DNA from: Candidatus Thorarchaeota archaeon
GTDB taxonomy: Archaea; Asgardarchaeota; Thorarchaeia; Thorarchaeales; Thorarchaeaceae
Direction: 5' to 3'
DNA: 64,000 nt
NCBI GenBank assembly: GCA_048882485.1
Contig: JBHLRP010000011.1
Coordinates: 8,015 to 72,014, forward strand
The position numbers were made by a program, and so were the translations under genes. Under the pieces are notes generated by a model, which was not told the DNA's origin, ran no database searches, and worked only from the letters and a program-made list of their open reading frames with translations. Of this stretch, positions 57,082 through 64,000 are shown one piece after another (the stretch's first letter is position 1; every line of letters begins with the position of its first letter).

Positions 57082-57636
57082 ATGGGCACGATTCCTCTAC
57101 AAAAGAACACGGCAGCCTTGACGACTCTTGCCATGCTATCAGCTTTGGGCATTGTGGTTCGCATGTTTGTGCGAATTCCAGTGATACCTGGCCTACTTGA
57201 TTTAACGCCTGGATTCCTGTTCTCAGAACTTGGGGGAGTCATTGGTGGTTTGCCGGGCGGGGCATTGGTCGGTGCAATAGTAGGTCTTGGAGGTGCAATA
57301 TCTGGAGGAGAGCCGCCGCTGCTGCCCATGATTGGCAATATCTGCTTGGGGATAGGAACTGGATATGCAATTCATGTCAAGGCAGATAGAAACAGTCCAC
57401 TCTATATTGCAATGGTCATCATCGGAGGGGGAATTATCGGAGGCTTCATCCCTAGCATGACCATTTTCGCAGCATTTACCGAATCAATAGAACTCACGAT
57501 TCTCTATGCTGCAATTGATATGCTTCAGGCGTTTCTATGGGCATTTGTTGCGTTGTTGTTGGAGAGGACTGTGATCAGGCCGACTATTGGTCAATATCTA
57601 TATCCGGTTTATGAATTCCAGGAGATTAACCAGTAA
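57082..57636 (+). CDS. ECF-transporter S-component-like membrane protein
   Basis: LAMLSALGIV..RIPVIPG..LGGVIGGLPGGALVGAI; about 6 TM. Confidence 0.65.
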   Translation: MGTIPLQKNTAALTTLAMLSALGIVVRMFVRIPVIPGLLDLTPGFLFSELGGVIGGLPGGALVGAIVGLGGAISGGEPPLLPMIGNICLGIGTGYAIHVKADRNSPLYIAMVIIGGGIIGGFIPSMTIFAAFTESIELTILYAAIDMLQAFLWAFVALLLERTVIRPTIGQYLYPVYEFQEINQ

Positions 57637-57648
57637 GAAGGAGAGGAA

Positions 57649-58299
57649 ATGTCGGAACGCACGTTTACAATAGATATTGGGACGGACCTCTTTGGGGCAA
57701 ATGAAGAGGCAGCATCTCACAACGCCGAGTTATTCAAACAGAATGGAATTCAATCTATTGATATCATGGGGTCAGTTGGTACTGGCAAGACTCAGCTCAT
57801 TGAAGCCCTCTGTGAGAGGCTAAGCTACAAGTACCGCATTCTGATGGTCGCTGGTGACCTTGCAACGACAATTGATGCGGATCGCGTAGCCTCGCATGGA
57901 GTTGATACAGTTCAGATAAACACGGGAACCGCGTGCCACCTGGATGCAAGAATGCTCCGAGTCGCTTTAAATGACATCGATCTGTCCAAGTATGAGCTCA
58001 TATTCATAGAGAATGTTGGAAACCTAATCTGTCCTGCAGGATATTCGTTGGGAGTAGACAAGAAGATAGTCGTTGTGAGTGTGACTGAGGGTCCCTATAT
58101 GGTAAGGAAACATCCGCTCACAATAAAACGGGCTGATTTGGTTGTCATCAACAAGGTTGATCTTGCCGAAGCTATAGGTTTTGATGTAGATGCCCTCGAA
58201 AATGATGTAAGGGAGGTTGACGCAAATATACCGGTCCTAAGGGTCAGTTCAGTGACTGGTGAGGGAATAAATGCCCTAGTAGAAGCCCTAGGTTTCTAA
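57649..58299 (+). CDS. hypB: Hydrogenase nickel incorporation GTPase HypB
   Basis: GSVGTGKT, TGTACHLDA, ENVGNLICPA, SVTEG, NKVD. Confidence 0.93.
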   Translation: MSERTFTIDIGTDLFGANEEAASHNAELFKQNGIQSIDIMGSVGTGKTQLIEALCERLSYKYRILMVAGDLATTIDADRVASHGVDTVQINTGTACHLDARMLRVALNDIDLSKYELIFIENVGNLICPAGYSLGVDKKIVVVSVTEGPYMVRKHPLTIKRADLVVINKVDLAEAIGFDVDALENDVREVDANIPVLRVSSVTGEGINALVEALGF

Positions 58300-58982
58300 G
58301 AGGCGGCCTCGGTTTCAAGTAATTCTAGGAGGGCTTTTCTAACACCCTCAATGTGCCCTGCGCCCAGGACTGCCACAATTCTGCCCTCTACATCTTTCAT
58401 GATGCTTCTAAGCGCATTTGCCACATAGAAATCTCTCTGATGTATTAAGGCATCAGCAAGGTTGGGATATTCTGAATTAAAATCCTTCATCAGATTCTCA
58501 ATTGCCCCTTCCTCCTTTAGCATTCCCAAGATATCCGTGGCATCACCCTCTTGAAAGTCCTTTTGCGCATCAGGCACCACTCCCATCAGGCGATAAATCT
58601 CGTCCAAGGGTACTCTAGCTATAGCTTGCATCGTGACATGGATTGGTCTGTCTACAAGAGCTATCTTTGCACCAATCCTTCGGCCCTCCTCGATGGCTAC
58701 AAGCATCTCTTCTCCTACGTTGGACCCAGTCATCTCGCCAAGGCTCTTCTCAAGTGTTGCCATGTGTTGTATCAAATCTTGCGCGGCATTGCCTGATGAT
58801 GTGGGCTCCCAATTTGTCATTGTCTTGTCAGGATCCATAAGTTGCTGGTATCTCTGATGGTCCAACTCAACAGCAACGACATCAGGTTGAACATCTTTAA
58901 CTGTCTCTCTCGCACGTTCAACACTTTCTTTATCGGTATGAATTACTGCCACAAAGACCACTCGGTCGACTTCATTGCTCAA
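58296..58982 (-). CDS. TraB/PrgY/GumN (TIKI) family protein
   Basis: PDVVAVELD..R, GEEM, LVDRPI..T, QRDFY, VLGAGH. Confidence 0.9.
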   Translation of the reverse strand: MSNEVDRVVFVAVIHTDKESVERARETVKDVQPDVVAVELDHQRYQQLMDPDKTMTNWEPTSSGNAAQDLIQHMATLEKSLGEMTGSNVGEEMLVAIEEGRRIGAKIALVDRPIHVTMQAIARVPLDEIYRLMGVVPDAQKDFQEGDATDILGMLKEEGAIENLMKDFNSEYPNLADALIHQRDFYVANALRSIMKDVEGRIVAVLGAGHIEGVRKALLELLETEAAS

Positions 58983-59195
58983 ATGAATTCACTTGCCACG
59001 CTCAGGAGATACGGGTCTTTTCACTGTTTTGAACGCAACATAATTGTGCGTATTTGCGAATGGCAAAATAGTACACGTTAACCTACATTTCTCTGTGCTT
59101 TTCGTTCTCAATAGAGGACTTGGAATAGCCAGAAGACTTTTCTCACGCAGAGCGTTTACTGCAGACAGTCATCAACACCACGGGGGCACACCAGG

Positions 59196-59552
59196 TTGAA
59201 GGCGGAACTAAACCAAACATTTGCAAAACTAATGAATCCACGAATGAATGCTGGACTCGTCATGCTTCACACTCTTCTGGCTCCCTTGCAGGGGGATCCA
59301 GTCGAACCAAGTGCTGTACGAGAGAATGTGGATAAGATTGTAAAGGAGCGAGAGGTTTCCAAGCAATCCATCTCCAATGTTGCTGGACGACTGGAAGCAT
59401 CTAATATCATAGAGCGGACTAGGGGTTATTCGGTCAACTATGGGTATCTCATATCCATGTTACTGCATAAGATGATAGAGATGTCAAAGCGTATGAATGA
59501 TTTAGAGGAAGAGATTCTGAACCTAAAGGATCTATTAAGCCCTCCAGCCTAG
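59196..59552 (+). CDS. Winged-helix plus coiled-coil hypothetical protein
   Basis: VSKQSISNVAGRLEASNIIER HTH/wing; C-terminal heptads. Confidence 0.55.
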   Translation: MKAELNQTFAKLMNPRMNAGLVMLHTLLAPLQGDPVEPSAVRENVDKIVKEREVSKQSISNVAGRLEASNIIERTRGYSVNYGYLISMLLHKMIEMSKRMNDLEEEILNLKDLLSPPA

Positions 59553-60730
59553 TCTGCAGGTATAGTTGTGGAAACTTCATTCAAGTCGTTGAAGAATGCG
59601 TTCAAAGCCCCTGTAGTGATGTGAGGCATAACAACTAGCCTCAATGAGGGCGGCAATGGGGATGCTGCCATCCGCCATCCCCGTTTTTCCATCTTCATAA
59701 TTATCGTTTCGAGAGGCACCTCTCGACTCTCAATTCCAAGAATGTTCATCACCGGCTCAATTGCGAGCTCCAATAGGGGGTTGTTTTCAACTCTCTCCCT
59801 TCCTAGATTAGTCTGTGCCATGCAACCTCTCACTATCTCTCTGTACCCAGAGCGGCCAAGATGCTTCATTATCGCCCATGTGGCCAGGATTGACGCTGCG
59901 GGTCGAGTTCCCAACAAGGACGATTGCTTGGAACTAGCGCCTGGCAAATATGGTGTCTTTTTGGTGATTGCCTTGAGATGGCGACCTGATCTGAAGATTA
60001 GGCAACCTGCAGGTATTGGCGCAAGGCCCATCTTGTGAGGATCAACGCTGACGCTAGTAACTCCATTTACCTCAAAGTCATGGGAATAATCTCCCAGTCC
60101 GAGGTCGTTTAAGAAAGGAATCACAAAGCCGCCAAATGCAGCATCGATGTGAAGAGGGATTCGATGTTCGGCGGCGACTCCACCTATCTCATCAATCGGA
60201 TCTATCTGCCCAAGATATGTTGTGCCGGCAGTTGCAATAATGCCTATTGTGTTCTTTGAAATCTTCTTCTCAATACTTCGACTGATTGCCTTGAACTGCT
60301 TGTCTACTCCGGTCTTGATGAGACTGATACCAAGAATCCAGGCCGCCTTATCGATGGAAGAGTGCACTGTTTTTGGCGCGATGACCTCCGGCCTTTTGAC
60401 TCTCTTCTTGGTTTCACGCATTGCTAGCATCGCAAGAATGTTGGATTCTGTCCCCCCCGATGTTGTCGTTCCATGCGGTCTTTCAAGACGCAAGAGATCT
60501 GCGATCATCTCAATGACTTCTTGTTCAATCCTTGCAGAGCCCTTGAATGTATGGAGTCTACCTGCATTTCGCTCCATAGTTCTGAGAAACACATCAGTTC
60601 CAAGTTGATGAGGGATAGTGGACATTGAAGCAATCGGATGACCAGAAAAGTACGTGACATCCCCTTCAAGAAGCGAGTCCAGCCTTTCAACAACGGTATC
60701 CTTGTCTAATCCATGCTCTTCCAGAATCAT
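59549..60730 (-). CDS. mfnA: L-aspartate/L-tyrosine decarboxylase (group II PLP)
   Basis: TSGGTESN, HSSIDKA, AGTT..GQIDPI, HIDAAFGGF, VDPHKMG. Confidence 0.9.
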   Translation of the reverse strand: MILEEHGLDKDTVVERLDSLLEGDVTYFSGHPIASMSTIPHQLGTDVFLRTMERNAGRLHTFKGSARIEQEVIEMIADLLRLERPHGTTTSGGTESNILAMLAMRETKKRVKRPEVIAPKTVHSSIDKAAWILGISLIKTGVDKQFKAISRSIEKKISKNTIGIIATAGTTYLGQIDPIDEIGGVAAEHRIPLHIDAAFGGFVIPFLNDLGLGDYSHDFEVNGVTSVSVDPHKMGLAPIPAGCLIFRSGRHLKAITKKTPYLPGASSKQSSLLGTRPAASILATWAIMKHLGRSGYREIVRGCMAQTNLGRERVENNPLLELAIEPVMNILGIESREVPLETIIMKMEKRGWRMAASPLPPSLRLVVMPHITTGALNAFFNDLNEVSTTIPAD

Positions 60731-60828
60731 CTGTGCTCCTCCTGTGTGGATTTCAATTGTCCTGCAAGACCATAACAGTTGCGATGTCTATGTCGACAGC
60801 CTTTTGACATCCTGCTATTATCTCACGT

Positions 60829-61668
60829 TTGATGTCGCCAGAAGAGCTATTGTTTCTCGACTCCCACGCTGCAGGACGTATACTATCTGCATATGATAAC
60901 GGCTCAACCGAGGTTGAGGTCTCTCTAGACCTTGGAGTAACGACCAGTCGAATCAGACTTGCTAATCAACTATGGAATAGAGATCAGCTCGAGAAGATAT
61001 CTCAGGATGAAGAGTCAGTCTATTTCGTGAATGACAAAGGTGTATTCAAAGCGGCATTAAGTGGCAAGCACTTCTACAAACTGATGCCTGTTGCCAGGAA
61101 CCAAGCACCTGCACTACTGATTGATGGCATTCTAATGCATCGAGTTAAAGAGACCACACCCATGGAGGATGCCTCTATGAAGGCCGAACTCTGTGCCCGA
61201 AAGGGCATAGACATGCTGGAGATCTGTACAGGTCTTGGTTACGCAAGTATTGCGTGTCTCCAGAAGGGTGTCCGTAGCATTGTCACAATTGAGAAAGATG
61301 AGAATGTTCTGGAGCTTGCCAGCCTGAACCCTTGGTCCCGTAGACTCTTCACAGATGACAGAATCACAGTCATCAATGCAGATGCATCTCTGGAAATTGA
61401 GAAGATTGACGAAGAATCTTTCCACGCAGTGATGCATGACCCTCCCCGTTTCTCTTTGGCTCCTGAGCTTTATACAAAAGAATTCTACAGCCATTTGTAT
61501 AGGGTGCTGCGACACAAAGGCAAACTCCTCCATTATGTGGGATCCCCCGGATCTAGGCATCGGAAAATAGACCTTCAGAAGGGGATCATGAAGCGCCTTC
61601 GTGATGCTGGATTTAACACTGTCTCACGGAAAGAGGAGGTCCTGGGTGTCCTGGCCTTCAAGAGCTAA
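60829..61668 (+). CDS. Archaeal SAM-dependent methyltransferase (COG2521-like)
   Basis: LIDGILMH, EICTGLGY, IEKD, NPWS, HDPPRFSLAPELY. Confidence 0.85.
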   Translation: MMSPEELLFLDSHAAGRILSAYDNGSTEVEVSLDLGVTTSRIRLANQLWNRDQLEKISQDEESVYFVNDKGVFKAALSGKHFYKLMPVARNQAPALLIDGILMHRVKETTPMEDASMKAELCARKGIDMLEICTGLGYASIACLQKGVRSIVTIEKDENVLELASLNPWSRRLFTDDRITVINADASLEIEKIDEESFHAVMHDPPRFSLAPELYTKEFYSHLYRVLRHKGKLLHYVGSPGSRHRKIDLQKGIMKRLRDAGFNTVSRKEEVLGVLAFKS

Positions 61669-62218
61669 ATTGCGAACTCGCTCTCATCAAAATTAGAGCT
61701 ATGAGAAATGAAATTACAAGGCCAAATCCTATCATGATTGCAATCCACTTCAAAGCTGTTACAGCACTAGCGATTTGAATGACTAGCTGAGACAGATTTG
61801 GATATGCGAGAACTTGTGATGCAACAAGGACATTTTCGATATAGTCCAATAAGCCTCCAAGTAGACCCACGACACTCAAATTCCCCAAGCCTCTTCTTTC
61901 TGGGGGAAGTTTCCTCAAAAGCATCGCGATTCCAAATGCAATTGCAAATGAATAAGTGAGTGGGAACAGGAAGTCAAGAGAATGCACCAGAAGCCAGGTC
62001 TGTAATCCCTCAAATCCAAGTGTATTGAACACGTCCAAGATTTCATTGTAAGAATAGATGAATCTAGTATCAGGCATTGTGACATCTCCATAGATGTCAT
62101 AAACCAGAGATTGAGTGGCCATTCCCATTACTGTCACCACAACTGCGCTTGATATTATGGCCAGTATGAGATTACGCACAGTCGAATGATTGTCAATGAA
62201 TGCAGCAACCCTTTCCAA
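61658..62218 (-). CDS. Four-TM membrane protein
   Basis: PDTRFIYS..LG..G, LDFLFPLTY, DYIEN, TALKW pattern of a conserved membrane family. Confidence 0.7.
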   Translation of the reverse strand: MERVAAFIDNHSTVRNLILAIISSAVVVTVMGMATQSLVYDIYGDVTMPDTRFIYSYNEILDVFNTLGFEGLQTWLLVHSLDFLFPLTYSFAIAFGIAMLLRKLPPERRGLGNLSVVGLLGGLLDYIENVLVASQVLAYPNLSQLVIQIASAVTALKWIAIMIGFGLVISFLIALILMRASSQFSS

Positions 62219-62397
62219 TTCTGAGCCTCCATCCTAAGAGGACTGCTTTCTCTATATTGAGCTTTATGAATATGCAAGAATTCTTCATCGTAAACATTTT
62301 TCTCAAGGGCAAGTGCCCCTTGCAGAAATGCTATAGTCGAAACTCAATTTAGAAACATCTACATGACTCATCTTGTTATAACAAACTATGGGATAGT

Positions 62398-63345
62398 ATG
62401 CCATGCTGTCAGGTGCTGATAACAGTGGACCAACACGATAGGACCATTTTCGCAAAACTATGCAATGATTGCAGAGTGAGCTACGAAAGCTTGGCAAGAG
62501 AAACAGGACTAAGCCCCAATGCTGTTAAGAACAGAGTGAGTAACCTCATCGAGAACGGCTTTGTTTCGCAGTTTAAGGTGATTCTGAATCATAAGATGAT
62601 GGATGCTGACACTTTCCAAGCAGTCGTAATCACAGATGGCACTGAGAACATAGAGGATTTTGTGAACAGCATCGGGGAAAGTCCTATGGTGGGTCATATC
62701 AGCACAGTGGCTAGTGTGAATGGCGGAGCATACCTAGTGTGGGGGCAATATTCCAGGATTGAGATGCTGTCAGATCTAGGTGGATTTCTCAGGAGTCTCA
62801 AGGAGGTTGAGGACGTCGAGCTTCATCCACTACGAAGGTTAAATCCATTGGACACGCCTGCCAAAATACGCATCCCAAAACTACATCGCAGAGTACTCCG
62901 TGTTCTTGTGAAGGACCCCCGGATGCCGATGAGTGACATCGCACAGGAGACAGGGTTATCTCCAAAAACAGTTCGAAGAGCACTTCGTGAAATAAACGAG
63001 GCCGGCTTTGTCAAGTTTGTCGTTCGCCCCGATCTAGCAGCAGGAGGCTTGGTGAATCTCAACATTCGTATTGCATGGGATGAGAAGCGGTATTCCATTG
63101 AGGACCTAGTGAAATGGCTTATGGAGGAGTATCCAATCGAGTTCTGGGACCCGTGGGTTTCTGCTCTTGAACCTATTGTCTTTGCAGAGTTCATGGTAGA
63201 GGACCTTCATGACGCTGAGTTGATCTCAAAACGCGTCAGAGAGCTGCCTCATGTTAAATCGAGTACAACTCTTGTGTCATATTCAAGCACAAAATTCCCC
63301 TATCTAGCTGAGACAATACTGAGAGAAATGGTTGAAGTAGAATAA
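62398..63345 (+). CDS. Tandem Lrp/AsnC-family regulator (two HTH plus RAM units)
   Basis: DCRVSYESLARETGLSPNAVKNRV and DPRMPMSDIAQETGLSPKTVRRAL; likely GTG start 62425. Confidence 0.85.
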   Translation: MPCCQVLITVDQHDRTIFAKLCNDCRVSYESLARETGLSPNAVKNRVSNLIENGFVSQFKVILNHKMMDADTFQAVVITDGTENIEDFVNSIGESPMVGHISTVASVNGGAYLVWGQYSRIEMLSDLGGFLRSLKEVEDVELHPLRRLNPLDTPAKIRIPKLHRRVLRVLVKDPRMPMSDIAQETGLSPKTVRRALREINEAGFVKFVVRPDLAAGGLVNLNIRIAWDEKRYSIEDLVKWLMEEYPIEFWDPWVSALEPIVFAEFMVEDLHDAELISKRVRELPHVKSSTTLVSYSSTKFPYLAETILREMVEVE

Positions 63346-63894
63346 TGAATTGGGCCTGTCGTTTTTCGGGAATGATACTCCCATCATGTCCCAATTTCTG
63401 TTGCTGCATCTGCGGATTTTAAGAACATATAGACACTGAAGCTACCAATTTCTGCAGGTGCACCTGACCGGCATTTGATATTCAATTTGCGCTCGTTATA
63501 TATGAAGCAAGATGTTCTCTCCACGAAGAAGAAAGACAAAGGTAACTGAGGAAAAGACAGTTCGTTCCCATCATGCGGAAATCTACAATATCAAGAAATC
63601 CCAGCTGAAGGCGTATCCCTCGAGGTTCGATAGATAAGTCAAGTGGACCTGATGACAATCCCTACTATCATGTCCCCCTACCTTATGCTCTATTTTCGAT
63701 ACCAGGATGAGTAGTTGGAGAGAAAGCTCACCTGAGCTTGGTGTTTCATCATCAGCTCATCAATCTCCTTCTGTCCACTTCTTATGTAATACAATGATCT
63801 ACGGATAAGCCAATTAGAATCTAGCCTCGCAGACTCACGGGAAACCTAAAAAGCTAAAATCGTGGAGCGTGTCATCGCTGGCCACAACAGCAAT

Positions 63895-64000
63895 GGCCCG
63901 AGTGGTGTAATGGCAGCATAGGGGATTGTGGCTTTGATTTTCTAGGTAGATATATGTGTATTCACATTGCGACCTGCGGTTTCAGGGAGAAATGAGTCGT
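63895..64000 (+). tRNA. tRNA-His(GTG) 5' exon followed by an intervening sequence at 37/38 (incomplete in window)
   Basis: G-GCCCGAG-TG-GTGT-AATGGCA-GCAT-A-GGGGA-TT-GTG-G, then non-tRNA sequence from 63932; 3' half not in window. Confidence 0.7.

Noticed and set aside
63346-63894. About 550-nt ORF-free gap containing CTGATGA, GGATGA and CTGA as a possible C/D-box sRNA
   Set aside because: Box spacing is too long and no D' box or terminal stem is convincing; an ncRNA or decayed gene cannot be supported by eye
1-64000. CRISPR arrays, IS elements, proviruses, rRNA, ubiquitin-system genes
   Set aside because: No periodic repeat-spacer pattern, transposase/integrase/capsid motifs, rRNA-like segment or ubiquitin/E1/E2/JAB motifs were recognised in the window

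Overview
Gene-dense archaeal chromosomal window with no transposases, phage genes, CRISPR array or rRNA. TFB, a DGGGP synthase, ArcS/RaSEA, a PolB1-type polymerase and NurA-HerA-Mre11-Rad50 mark it as archaeal. ESCRT, longin and Yip1 proteins point to an Asgard archaeon; Thorarchaeia is my inference, not a tested assignment. The main discovery is a five-gene ESCRT locus at 39.0-44.1 kb. It has Vps25, Vps4 and one Vps2/24/46-class ESCRT-III, plus two unusual architectures. The first is a Vps28-N-like (ESCRT-I core) hairpin fused to Vps22/36 tandem winged helices. The second is a B-box/Zn-finger, coiled-coil, PH/GRAM protein ending in a Vps23 steadiness-box-like hairpin, with no UEV domain. Together they suggest a rewired, possibly ubiquitin-independent ESCRT-I/II module. 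Other candidates for eukaryote-like proteins are a catalytically dead M24 peptidase whose substitutions resemble the Spt16 (FACT) N-domain, an IFT52-like GIFT/coiled-coil protein, and a cytosolic beta-sandwich protein resembling mu/delta-COP homology domains next to a dead metallo-beta-lactamase. RNA features are two tRNA-Arg genes differing by one base and an interrupted tRNA-His at the window edge. All family calls are by-eye motif recognition; eukaryotic comparison sequences are recalled from memory and need HMM or structure confirmation.
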